The notes: generated from the letters alone by a model not told the origin. DNA of 64,000 nucleotides from Myxococcales bacterium (GCA_025350815.1 JANXXE010000210.1:8455-72454); one strand, 5' to 3'; counted from the first letter of the stretch, positions 1-8,734 are shown. Made by a program: numbers and translations.

Positions 1-35
1 AGACCGCCGCCCCGCCCCGCCGAACATTCGTCGAG

Positions 36-341
36 GTGCTGGGCGAAGCGCGCGCGGCCGTACAAAGGCCCCCCACCACGCCGCCCGCCGCCCCACCCAA
101 GGCCCGGCCCGCCGCGCCCGAAACGTCGCCCTGGCACAGGGTCGCGCAGGACGCCTTGAAGGTGGAAAGTCAGCTCGACGGCATTCTCAAAGCCGCCGCC
201 AGCGGAAAGACCTTTTCGCCCGCCGAGTTGCTGGTCATGCAGGCCCAGGTCTTTCGCTACTCGCAAACGGTCGAGGTTATTTCCCGCGGCACCGACAAGC
301 TGGTCGGCGCCCTGAAGCAGACCCTGGGCACGCAGGTCTAG
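36..341 (+). CDS. Putative type III secretion inner-rod protein (SctI/YscI/PrgJ-like); possibly 5'-partial because the frame is open to the window start
   Basis: Small protein whose C-terminus 'LLVMQAQVFRYSQTVEVISRGTDKLVGALKQTL' fits the conserved SctI C-terminal pattern. It sits immediately upstream of an SctJ gene (sctI-sctJ order). GTG start; no in-frame stop upstream to position 1. Confidence 0.4.
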   Translation: MLGEARAAVQRPPTTPPAAPPKARPAAPETSPWHRVAQDALKVESQLDGILKAAASGKTFSPAELLVMQAQVFRYSQTVEVISRGTDKLVGALKQTLGTQV

Positions 342-502
342 TGCACCGCCCTCGAAATAGCATCATGTTCGGCCGACGATCCGGGCCAGCCGCTTCGTTG
401 CTCCTCCTCGCAATACCTACGGGTATTCCTCGTCGTCGCGCCTCGCCGCCGGCCCGGCTTGTCGGCCTCGGCATTGACGCTATTTCGAGGGCGGTGCACT
501 AG
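338..502. repeat. Hairpin-type element: 24-bp perfect inverted repeat (338-361 / 479-502) bracketing a 117-bp spacer, in the sctI-sctJ intergenic region
   Basis: Left arm ctagtgcaccgccctcgaaatagc is the exact reverse complement of right arm gctatttcgagggcggtgcactag. The spacer contains a nested palindrome aatacctacgggtatt. Confidence 0.8.
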
Positions 503-517
503 CCATCGCGCAGGGCA

Positions 518-1300
518 ATGGGTATGGTCCCGCCCATGTCCCGGTCCTGGCCCCGGTTGTGGCTTCTTGCGGTCGTCCTGGTCGGCTGCACCGTACCCGT
601 GCAGCATGGGCTGGACGAATCGTCCGCCAACGAGGTGCTGACGGCCCTTGAACGCGGCGGCATCGGCGCCGAGAAACTGAAAGACGACGGGGCGGGTGGC
701 GCGGCTTTCCTGGTGCGCGTCGCCCGATCGGACGCCGCCGCCGCCATGGAACTGCTGCACACACTGGGGTTGCCGCGCGGCCACCGCAGCGGCTTTGCCG
801 AGGTCTACGGCCAGCCCAGCCTGGTCCCCAGTGCCACCGAAGAGCGCGCGCGCTATCTCGAAGCCCTCGCCGGCGAGTTGGAACGAACACTTGAAACCGT
901 GGAGGGCGTCATCAGCGCCCGCGTGCACCTGGTGCCGGGCGAGACCGACGCGCTGTCCCCGGACGGCAGACCCCGGGTTCCGGCGCAGGCGGCTGTCCTA
1001 CTGAAGATCCGATCGGGCGTATCTCCTCTGAAGGAAGCCGACGTCCAGAAACTGGTGGCCGGCAGCGTGCCCGGTCTGGCGCCAGCCGCCGTCGCCGTGG
1101 TGGTGACCCTGGCATCGGAATGGTCCGGCGCAACCGCGGCGTCGGCCCTGGCCACGGTCGGCCCGCTGCGCGTTTCGGCGGCCAGTCGCCCGGTGCTGGT
1201 CGCAGGCGTGATCATTGCCCTGGGCCTGGTCGCCGTGTTGGCCGTGTTGCTGTTGCTGATGTCGCGCCGCCTGTCCGCCCTGCAACGCGACCAACGCTGA
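518..1300 (+). CDS. sctJ: Type III secretion inner-membrane ring lipoprotein SctJ (YscJ/HrcJ/PrgK family)
   Basis: Signal peptide with lipobox (LVGC). 'ARVHLVPGE' matches YscJ 'ARVHVVLPEE'. C-terminal transmembrane helix. Overall YscJ architecture. Confidence 0.75.
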   Translation: MGMVPPMSRSWPRLWLLAVVLVGCTVPVQHGLDESSANEVLTALERGGIGAEKLKDDGAGGAAFLVRVARSDAAAAMELLHTLGLPRGHRSGFAEVYGQPSLVPSATEERARYLEALAGELERTLETVEGVISARVHLVPGETDALSPDGRPRVPAQAAVLLKIRSGVSPLKEADVQKLVAGSVPGLAPAAVAVVVTLASEWSGATAASALATVGPLRVSAASRPVLVAGVIIALGLVAVLAVLLLLMSRRLSALQRDQR

Positions 1301-1301
1301 G

Positions 1302-1934
1302 CTACATCTTGGCGCCCGCGACTATCCAGTCGCCAATCGTCGTGATTTCCGCATCGGACAGTCTGCACTTTTTCGGATCCGGCTCGTCGCTGCAAACGTT
1401 CGGCATGCGAACCCCACAACCGCCCAGCATACCGACCGGAAGGATCTTCTGGTACAGCAGGCTTTTTGCAAGATCACCCGGCACCACCAGCGTGAAGGCC
1501 CTGCACGCCGCGGCGGCCATGGCGGGCGGCTTCTTGTTGACGATGCGCGCATACAGTCCCATCGGCTCCAGGTTGACGGTGTCCGTGGCGACGGCCGTAT
1601 GGCAAAGCACGCAGCGGGCAACGAAAAGGGCGGTGACGTTGGCGAACGTTCCCGGCGCCGCCGCATCTGCGCCGCCAGCCGCGGCCTTATCGCCAGGGGC
1701 ATCCGGGGATGGCCCATCCTTGGCCGTTGTCAGCCCGGCATCGGCTGCCGCAACGGGAGGGGGCGTTGGTTTGACGACAACGTCCGCGGCCGGCCGGGCG
1801 TCGACAGCGACCTTTTCGTCTCCACCGTCGGCTTCGGTATCGGCCCCGCTTGAGTGCCTTTTTTCGGCGGCGCAGGCGGCGAACACTGTGGCCATCACGC
1901 AGAACCACGGCAGGCTGACAGAACGCTGCGGCAT
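1302..1934 (-). CDS. Mono-heme c-type cytochrome lipoprotein (planctomycete-type cytochrome c motif)
   Basis: Internal Met start at 1934 preceded by GGAGG. Signal peptide plus Cys; single CVLCH (CxxCH) heme-binding motif in an 'ALFVARCVLCH' context. The longer 358-aa track ORF has an implausible Arg/Ser-rich N-extension. Confidence 0.6.
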   Translation of the reverse strand: MPQRSVSLPWFCVMATVFAACAAEKRHSSGADTEADGGDEKVAVDARPAADVVVKPTPPPVAAADAGLTTAKDGPSPDAPGDKAAAGGADAAAPGTFANVTALFVARCVLCHTAVATDTVNLEPMGLYARIVNKKPPAMAAAACRAFTLVVPGDLAKSLLYQKILPVGMLGGCGVRMPNVCSDEPDPKKCRLSDAEITTIGDWIVAGAKM

Positions 1935-2070
1935 GTGCTTCTCCTTCCGGGGCGACAAAGCGGCGCGAACGTGAAGGCCGAACCTAAAACGTTCCGGCGG
2001 CGAAGTCCACGGCTGCGCGAACGCGGTCGTCTGACAGCCCCTGTTTTCGTCTGCCCGCGCGGGCTGTAGT

Positions 2071-3708
2071 TTGCAGCCTGTGCCCGTGCCCAACCTGCAC
2101 CTGCGACCGTACCAACGCGCCGCCGTCGACGCGGTCCTGGCCGCGCGTCGCGATGGGCTTCGTCGCCTGCTGGTCTGCCTGCCGACCGGCGCGGGCAAAA
2201 CGGTGGTCTTCGCTGAACTGGCCCGCCTGGCGCGGCGCCAGGTCCTGGTGCTGGCCCATAGGGAAGAACTGCTGGAACAGGCGCGCAGCAAGATCGAGGC
2301 GGCGCTGGCTTCGACCCCGGGGAACGCCGCCGTCGTGGCCATTGAACGCGGTGCCGCGCGGGCGCCCGCCGACGCCAAGGTAGTGGTCTGTTCACTGCGA
2401 TCGCTGCACGAGGAACGCCTGGCGCGCGTGATGCGCCAGCGCGACTTCGGGCTGATCGTCTACGACGAATGTCACCACGCCCCCGCCGAAGACAACTTGC
2501 GGGTGCTGCGACAACTGGGCGCCTTCGACGTCGGGTGGACCGGCACCTTGCTGGGTTTCACCGCGACGACCGCGCGCGGCGACGGCAAGGGTCTGGACAC
2601 CGTGTTCGAGCGCATCGTCTACGCGCGCACCCTGCCCGAGATGATCGACGGAGGCTATCTGGCCCCGCTGCGTGGCTTCCGGGTGTCGACCGCCGCGGAT
2701 CTGTCCGGCCTGTCGGCGGCGGGTCTGGACTTCCGCGAGGACGAGCTGGCCCTTGCCGTGGACATCGAAGAGCGCAACGCCCTGGTCGCCCGCAGCATCC
2801 AGGAACTGGCGCGCGACCGGCGCACCATCGCGTTTTGCGTGACGGTCAACCACGCGCGCAGCCTGGCGCGGTCACTGAATGCGCTGGGCGTCCCGACTGG
2901 GATCGTTCACGGCGCGCTGCCCGGCGACGCCAGGGCCGCGGCGCTGGCGGACTTCCGCGCGGGCCGGACGCAGGTACTGACCAACGTGGCGGTGTTGACC
3001 GAGGGCTTCGACGATCCGGGCGTGTCGTGCATCGCCATGGCGCGACCAACCCGATCGGAGGGCTTGTACGCGCAGTGCGTGGGCCGCGGGACCCGATTGT
3101 TTGCCGGCAAGAAGGACTGCCTGATCCTGGATTTCGTCGACGTTTCCACGCTGAGCCTGTGCACCCTGCCGTCGCTGTTCGGTGTGCCGCGGGATCTGGA
3201 TCTGTTCGGCGGCGATGTCAGCGACGCCCGACGGGTTTGGCAACAGATCCTTTTCGATCACCCCGGCTTCGAGTTGGAAGCAGGCGCCCTGACCCTGAGC
3301 GAGATCCAGCACCGCGCCGCCCACTTCGATCCACTGACCCTGCAAGTCCACGACGACCTGCGGGCGATATCCGCCAACGCCTGGTTCTCGCTGGGGCGCC
3401 ACGGTCTTGGCCTGCACCACCAGGCGCGGCCCGGCACAATCGTCGAGGTGGTCGTCCTGCGTGCGGGCAGCCGCGGCAAGCGTTGGCAGGTCAGCATCGA
3501 TGGTCAGGTCGTCGATCGACGGTCCAACCTGGAGGAGGCCGTGCAGGCCGTCGATTTTGAAATCGACGAGTGCGGCCCCCTGACCGCCACGTCAGCCCGC
3601 CCCGATGCCGCCTGGCGCCGCGAGCCCGGCCCGGACGGAATGCCCCTCGCACAGACGCTGCAACTGCGGCTGTGGCAGCGCATCGCGGGCAAGCCCCGGG
3701 GGGCATAG
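2071..3708 (+). CDS. Superfamily-2 DNA/RNA helicase (ResIII/DEAD-like N-domain plus helicase C) with an uncharacterised roughly 150-aa C-terminal domain
   Basis: Walker A 'LPTGAGKT', DECH box (Walker B), 'TAT' motif III, helicase-C motifs (QCVGRGTR). Confidence 0.8.
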   Translation: MQPVPVPNLHLRPYQRAAVDAVLAARRDGLRRLLVCLPTGAGKTVVFAELARLARRQVLVLAHREELLEQARSKIEAALASTPGNAAVVAIERGAARAPADAKVVVCSLRSLHEERLARVMRQRDFGLIVYDECHHAPAEDNLRVLRQLGAFDVGWTGTLLGFTATTARGDGKGLDTVFERIVYARTLPEMIDGGYLAPLRGFRVSTAADLSGLSAAGLDFREDELALAVDIEERNALVARSIQELARDRRTIAFCVTVNHARSLARSLNALGVPTGIVHGALPGDARAAALADFRAGRTQVLTNVAVLTEGFDDPGVSCIAMARPTRSEGLYAQCVGRGTRLFAGKKDCLILDFVDVSTLSLCTLPSLFGVPRDLDLFGGDVSDARRVWQQILFDHPGFELEAGALTLSEIQHRAAHFDPLTLQVHDDLRAISANAWFSLGRHGLGLHHQARPGTIVEVVVLRAGSRGKRWQVSIDGQVVDRRSNLEEAVQAVDFEIDECGPLTATSARPDAAWRREPGPDGMPLAQTLQLRLWQRIAGKPRGA

Positions 3709-3958
3709 GCCCGACTGGGCGCACAATGGATCTTCTGGACTCACAGCGTCGATGACGGCCCGAACATACGCGACCTTTTGGGTCGGTTCGGTCGGGACGC
3801 GCAGAAAAATCGTGGGCCTGCCCGCGCTTGCGTGCTGACGGGTGCGTGTACAACGGTCCAGTCACCTCTCATGAGCGCCGCAGGTTTCTAGATACACCAT
3901 CACGTTTGATGTCGAGTGCAATTCTCTTGACACATCTCGCCAGGACCGGAAGTGTACG

Positions 3959-5368
3959 GTGATGCACCCGCGTGTTGTCTTAGGCGTCGCCCTCTCTGCA
4001 CAGGTTTTGGCGTCGCTGGCTCTCGCGGACGAACAGCAAAAGGTGTCGGACCAGGCGGCCGGTCAAGTGAATGTTGGGCTTGGCCTGCAAGTGATGACCG
4101 CAGGAACACTAAGGGCGGCAGCAACCGGACCAGGCGGAGCGTTTACAGATTCGGCCGAAGCCGACGATGCCACGGGTCTTTCCGCATCCATCGATTACTT
4201 CCTGACCCGACACCTTGCCGTTGGATTGTCGCCACGGCTGATATTCAACGTCAAAGAGAAGAACGATACCGATGCAGCCAAGCAGCTGGACCTTCTCGCG
4301 CGCCTATCGTGGGTTCAACCTGTCAGCACCTCGCTGCATCTCTTCGCGCAGGTGAACCCAGGTTACTCGGTGATTCTGATGCCCCAGGCATTTCGGAATA
4401 ACTTTCCTGGCCTTGAGTCGAACGATCCTCGCGGCTTCATCCTGGATTTCGGTGTTGGAATGCAGTTCTCCCTCTCGCCAAACGCATACGTCGGATTCGA
4501 CGTTGGCTACCTCGTAGGATTTCAGACCATGACCCTTAAGGGTCCGGGTGGTTCCCTCGACGTAGACCTGAGAACCGACTACCTACGGCTCGGTGCCCTC
4601 CTTGGTGTCAAGTTTGGCGCCGAGAGTTCCAGCCCGCGACCTCAGCCGCTCCCGCCCGTGGGCGCACGAAGCTCTGTCGAATTTGCCGTGGAACCAGCGT
4701 CCGCTGTTTTCTCCAGCACCCACGCGCCAGGACGGCGCCGCTGTTCGGCTGTGATGGTGCTGCCAGCGCCAGGTCTGGAGACGAATAGCGCGAGCGTTTT
4801 ATCTGTGCTGGAAGGACACCTTCTGGCTCGAAACATCCGCGTGGTTTCATCAGCGATCACCGGGCGAGCGGTCATCCAGAGCCCGCTGGCGCCCGATTCG
4901 ACGAAGCCAACCACCGGGGCTGCGATTCTCTCGGACCTGGAGAGGGCTCTCGTGCTGGCCAAAAACGCCAACGTAGATTGCGTTCTTCAGCTCTTCACGC
5001 TGGACGTAGGGACTACCGACGCGACTCGGCTCTTTGTCTGGCCAATGAACGGACGGTCCCTGGTTGAAAGCGACCAAAAGACATTTGAGACGTACAACCC
5101 TGGTCGCCGGTGGACCCTCGTCGGTCCAAGGTGGCAGATCAATAGCAAGCTGATCGACGTTGATTCAGGGAACGTCCTCGCCGTGATCGGCTTCAGCCAG
5201 TCGACCGCTCACCTTGTGCAGCGTCGGTTTGAACTTTCGGCGCTCGGCGATGCGCTGGTTCCCGCAGATGGGACCACTGGCTGGCGGATTGCCTCGACCC
5301 AAGATGTCGACGGCCTGCGTTCGTTCATGATGTCAGAACTGTCAGCCGAGATTCTTGGTCCCAAATAG
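3959..5368 (+). CDS. Hypothetical secreted protein (signal peptide; N-terminal half beta-barrel-like); lies in a lower-GC patch
   Basis: N-terminal signal peptide with alternating hydrophobic beta-strand-like segments. No family recognised. Visibly more A/T than surrounding genes. Confidence 0.45.
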   Translation: MMHPRVVLGVALSAQVLASLALADEQQKVSDQAAGQVNVGLGLQVMTAGTLRAAATGPGGAFTDSAEADDATGLSASIDYFLTRHLAVGLSPRLIFNVKEKNDTDAAKQLDLLARLSWVQPVSTSLHLFAQVNPGYSVILMPQAFRNNFPGLESNDPRGFILDFGVGMQFSLSPNAYVGFDVGYLVGFQTMTLKGPGGSLDVDLRTDYLRLGALLGVKFGAESSSPRPQPLPPVGARSSVEFAVEPASAVFSSTHAPGRRRCSAVMVLPAPGLETNSASVLSVLEGHLLARNIRVVSSAITGRAVIQSPLAPDSTKPTTGAAILSDLERALVLAKNANVDCVLQLFTLDVGTTDATRLFVWPMNGRSLVESDQKTFETYNPGRRWTLVGPRWQINSKLIDVDSGNVLAVIGFSQSTAHLVQRRFELSALGDALVPADGTTGWRIASTQDVDGLRSFMMSELSAEILGPK

Positions 5369-5394
5369 GTCCGCGAATCTCACAAACCGCCGCA

Positions 5395-5892
5395 CTACAG
5401 GTTTCGCAGCGGGCTCGACGTGAACGTGAGGTTGTCGTCGAAACATCCGTAGACCGCTGCCCCGCCAGTAGACGAAGGCATTTTCGGCACCTTCTTGAGG
5501 ACAAGGATTCCGTCTGGTCTTGTCATGGTCAGAGTGTCCGCCTGCACGGAAAACGAAAAAGTTGCGGTCTCGCGCACGTCACTTGGGCAGGACGATCGAG
5601 TAGATGAAACCGTCAGCTGATTCCCACTCGTCGTGTAGGTGCCAATTGTCGCGTCGACGCCAGTGCCACCACTTTGTAGGTTACAGATGAGGTCCTGTTC
5701 GACCACTCCCGAATCGAACGCAAACCCAAACGCGCACTGCTTGCCAGGTACGCTGGTGGCCCAGATCCCTTCTAGGGCATCCTTCCCGGTGCCACCGCCG
5801 CAGCCACTGGTGCCCAACGCGACGACCAGTGCCGTCACCGACAGACCTACCATCTCCACTCCGAACCACTCCACTCCGAACCACGCCCGCAT
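5395..5892 (-). CDS. Hypothetical lipoprotein
   Basis: Internal Met starts (5892 or 5853) precede a signal peptide and lipobox 'ALGTSGC'. The longer track ORF has no signal peptide. Lower GC. Confidence 0.45.
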   Translation of the reverse strand: MRAWFGVEWFGVEMVGLSVTALVVALGTSGCGGGTGKDALEGIWATSVPGKQCAFGFAFDSGVVEQDLICNLQSGGTGVDATIGTYTTSGNQLTVSSTRSSCPSDVRETATFSFSVQADTLTMTRPDGILVLKKVPKMPSSTGGAAVYGCFDDNLTFTSSPLRNL

Positions 5893-6276
5893 AGCGGTGC
5901 ATTGTAGCCCAAGAACCTCGTCGGTCACAGCAAGAAACGGTCGCGATTCACAAGGTACCTTCGTCTGCTGCTGTTCTGGGCTCCATTGTCGTCCTTGGGA
6001 TGACGAACGAGTGTTCAGTCGTGTGAGCATCGTGGCCCTCTTTGCAGGCGGGCGCGTCTGGTCGGTCGGCGCACAGCGCGGGCGGCGCGATCCTGTTTCC
6101 CGAGAAGCGGGTCAAGCCTGGCCTCAATCCGGCCCCACGGTCCCTGCTCCGCCATCTGTGCGAGCCGCCGTGTGGATCAACAAGGCGACCACGGCGGCTG
6201 CGCCCGCGGAGCCGGCCGATCAGCGCGCCCCCGAGGGCGCGCTGGCCGCCGAAGCCGTCGTTACCGCGCGGGATCG

Positions 6277-7068
6277 TCAACGTCGCCGTCGAGAACAGGT
6301 TCCCGTGCGGGCGGACTTCGTTGTAGTCGACCGCAGGATGGCGATCGCGCCGATTGGCAAGCTGCCGCCAGAACTATGAGCCGTCCGGGCGCTCCACCGG
6401 GATTCCTGCAACCCGAAGGATGCGCCCTGTGGGTCGCAGCATACGGCCGTCCTGAACCCACTGCGTACGATGACTGGGCCAAGGACCTGACCGCCGGTCG
6501 CGCGCACGCGGGTCAGCGTCCCATCCAGGGCGTCGACGCCAAAAAAGAATAGCCACTGGGGGTGCACCGCGGGCCGGCCCGCAATGTCTCCGATCGCCCC
6601 CACGCTGGCCTCGCCCGCGCGCCAAGCGAACTGCTGGAACATCCCCAGGGCGCCGAGATCCTGCCGTTCGGTCAACGCCCAACCAAAGATCTCGCCATGG
6701 CGCGCGGCCGCACCTTGCGCGTCCGCAGTCAGCAGCACATGCCAGTGCACACCCGCGACCGACGGCCGTCCGGCATCAGCCAGGGCGAAGATGGCACCAC
6801 CCGCATCACGAACAATGGCAGTTGACCCCGCCGGCCCCAGTTGCGTTCCGCCCTTGTCCAGCATTCGGCCCAGCACCGCATCGACACCGCCGATCTCACC
6901 GACGGCGATGTGCCCCAGCCAGTGCGCGGGCGCCCCACGCGCGGCCGCGGCTGCCGGCAACTCGATGATCGCGTCGCCCTGCCGCCCCAGTACGGCCTGG
7001 TAGAAGGCCGACGCCGCCGGAACGGCGATTGTGCGCAATTCGAAGTGGCAGAAGCGCGGCGCTGACAT
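6277..7068 (-). CDS. VOC-family protein (glyoxalase/bleomycin-resistance/dioxygenase fold), two tandem VOC-like halves
   Basis: Two repeated halves with His/Glu-containing beta-alpha-beta-beta-beta-like segments ('HFELRT...', 'VHWHVLLTAD...'), typical of two-domain VOC proteins. Confidence 0.55.
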   Translation of the reverse strand: MSAPRFCHFELRTIAVPAASAFYQAVLGRQGDAIIELPAAAAARGAPAHWLGHIAVGEIGGVDAVLGRMLDKGGTQLGPAGSTAIVRDAGGAIFALADAGRPSVAGVHWHVLLTADAQGAAARHGEIFGWALTERQDLGALGMFQQFAWRAGEASVGAIGDIAGRPAVHPQWLFFFGVDALDGTLTRVRATGGQVLGPVIVRSGFRTAVCCDPQGASFGLQESRWSARTAHSSGGSLPIGAIAILRSTTTKSARTGTCSRRRR

Positions 7069-7245
7069 TCAGTACGCGGTGCCGTCCTTGTGCGAGAAGC
7101 GGGGACGGCCGTCGGCGGTCTTGCGCGCGCGCTTGTCACGCGGCAAGACGCGGCTGCGGAATGACTCGGGATAGCCGGACGTCAAGCGACCCGGCAGGGC
7201 GGTCGGATCCAGCGCGGGCTTCACGGGGGGCCTGGGGCTGGGCAT
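7069..7245 (-). CDS. Small Pro/Arg-rich ORF (58 aa) abutting the VOC gene start (stop TGA immediately followed by the VOC ATG)
   Basis: ATG..TGA ORF translated by hand: MPSPRPPVKPALDPTALPGRLTSGYPESFRSRVLPRDKRARKTADGRPRFSHKDGTAY. No clear SD; below the track length cut-off. Confidence 0.2.
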   Translation of the reverse strand: MPSPRPPVKPALDPTALPGRLTSGYPESFRSRVLPRDKRARKTADGRPRFSHKDGTAY

Positions 7246-7302
7246 TTGCGAAGTCTATTCGGCCGGCATCGCCTGAGCGAATCTGATTGTAACTCTGCAA
7301 AT

Positions 7303-7324
7303 CGACATATACGTCCATATGTCG
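7303..7324. promoter_or_regulatory. Inverted repeat cgacatat-N6-atatgtcg in the AT-rich region just upstream of the AbiEii-like gene; candidate operator
   Basis: 8-bp perfect inverted repeat within an unusually AT-rich 60-bp stretch 10-30 bp upstream of the ATG at 7335. Confidence 0.35.
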
Positions 7325-7334
7325 TATAAGTAAT

Positions 7335-8102
7335 ATGATGCGATTTTCGCCCGGCCAGGCCGTGGAGATCTTCCATCTGCACGTTCTTCGGCTGCTCACC
7401 TCGGAAGCCGATCGGGGTCTTTACACCCTGAAGGGCGGCACCAATCTGCGCTTCTTTTTTGGAAGCCTGCGACTTTCCGAAGATATGGACATCGACGTCG
7501 CGGTTGCAGCAAAGGGAACCGTAAAGGCCAAGGTTGACAAGTTGCTGGCGGGCCGACCACTACAGGTGCTGCTGGCCGCTGCCGGGATGACCATCCGCGA
7601 GACCAGCGTACCCAAACAGACCGATACCACGCAGCGATGGAAGGTGGCCTTGCAGGTGCAAGGCGCCGGCGCGCCGCTGCGAACCAAGATCGAGTTGTCG
7701 AGACGTCCTTCGTCCGGCGAGACGAAATTCGAGGCCGTCGACCGCCAGCTGGCCCAGGAATATCGCCTCACGCCCCCTCTTGTCAGCCACTACACCGCCC
7801 CGGCCGCCATGGCGCAGAAACTGGGCGCCCTGGCAGGGCGCACCGAGCCACAGGCGCGCGACGTCTTCGACCTGCACCTACTCATGTCCCATGTGGGCGG
7901 AACGCTGCGACTCGATACAGTTACCCGCACGCGCCTGCCGAAGGCTCTCGAACAGGCCATCAGCATTTCTTACGACGACTACCGCGCCCAGGTGGTCGCC
8001 TTCCTCGATCCGGAACAGCAGGCTTTGCTCCGCTCGCGGGCACATTGGGATGGCATGCAGGCGGCGGTGCTGGACTTCATCGAGGATCTGACAAAGCCGT
8101 GA
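7335..8102 (+). CDS. AbiEii/AbiGii-family nucleotidyltransferase toxin (type IV toxin-antitoxin system, DUF1814)
   Basis: Hallmark motifs 'LKGGTNLRFFFGSLRLSEDMDIDV' (GGT...hS-x-D-x-D of NTase-fold AbiEii). Confidence 0.8.
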   Translation: MMRFSPGQAVEIFHLHVLRLLTSEADRGLYTLKGGTNLRFFFGSLRLSEDMDIDVAVAAKGTVKAKVDKLLAGRPLQVLLAAAGMTIRETSVPKQTDTTQRWKVALQVQGAGAPLRTKIELSRRPSSGETKFEAVDRQLAQEYRLTPPLVSHYTAPAAMAQKLGALAGRTEPQARDVFDLHLLMSHVGGTLRLDTVTRTRLPKALEQAISISYDDYRAQVVAFLDPEQQALLRSRAHWDGMQAAVLDFIEDLTKP

Positions 8103-8734
8103 CTTCCGCAGGGGCATATGCCCGCCTGCAGAAACTGGGCGCCCCCGTCGTCGAGACGGCTGCGGCTGCCGCTGCCCTTCGGCTGTCGCCTGGTGCGGCC
8201 AACAAGGTGCTGGGTAGGCTTGCACGTGCCGGCCTGGTTCGGCACGTGTTTCATGGCCTGTGGACCATCGGCGACATATGCGATCCGTTGTTGCTGCCTG
8301 ACCACGTGACGTCGCCCTTCCCCAGTTATGTTTCCCTTCAAACGGCGCTTCACCACCACGGGCTCATCTCGCAGATTCCGGTGGTCATCTATGCGGTCAC
8401 GTCGGGCCGCGCGCGGCGTGTGCGGACCCAGTTCGGCACCTGCTCGATACACCACGTCGCGCCAGAGCTTTTCGATGGCTTCGAGATCAGCCCTTCGGGC
8501 GTGAAGATGGCAACCCCCGAGAAGGCCTTGTTCGACATTCTATACTTGTCGGGCAAGCGCACCCGCGAGTTCTCGGCCCTACCGGAGATCGAATTTCCCC
8601 GCGGCTTTCGGTGGAAGATCGTGCGGCACTGGCTGGATCGAATCACCTTCGCGCGCGATCGCACGATGATCCAGCGACGGCTCGAACGGCTGGCGCCGCT
8701 GGCCCTTCGCCGGGCGTTTCACCTGGTCCATTGA
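8099..8734 (+). CDS. AbiEi-like antitoxin / transcriptional regulator (N-terminal winged HTH plus AbiEi C-domain); GTG start overlapping the toxin stop (GTGA)
   Basis: N-terminus 'YARLQKLGAPVVETAAAAAALRLSPGAANKVLGRLARAGLVRHV' is wHTH-like. Size (about 211 aa) and the downstream pairing with AbiEii are consistent with the AbiEi family. Confidence 0.55.
   Translation: MTSAGAYARLQKLGAPVVETAAAAAALRLSPGAANKVLGRLARAGLVRHVFHGLWTIGDICDPLLLPDHVTSPFPSYVSLQTALHHHGLISQIPVVIYAVTSGRARRVRTQFGTCSIHHVAPELFDGFEISPSGVKMATPEKALFDILYLSGKRTREFSALPEIEFPRGFRWKIVRHWLDRITFARDRTMIQRRLERLAPLALRRAFHLVH

Noticed and set aside
2469-3560. 363-aa ORF in an alternative frame within the helicase gene, plus several minus-strand ORFs in 2392-3865
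   Set aside because: Arg/Pro/Gly-rich low-complexity translations typical of off-frame reading in high-GC DNA. The helicase frame carries all conserved motifs.
5639-6379. 246-aa plus-strand ORF opposite the lipoprotein gene
   Set aside because: Pro/Ser/Arg-rich with no start context. It overlaps the better-supported minus-strand lipoprotein and the intergenic region.
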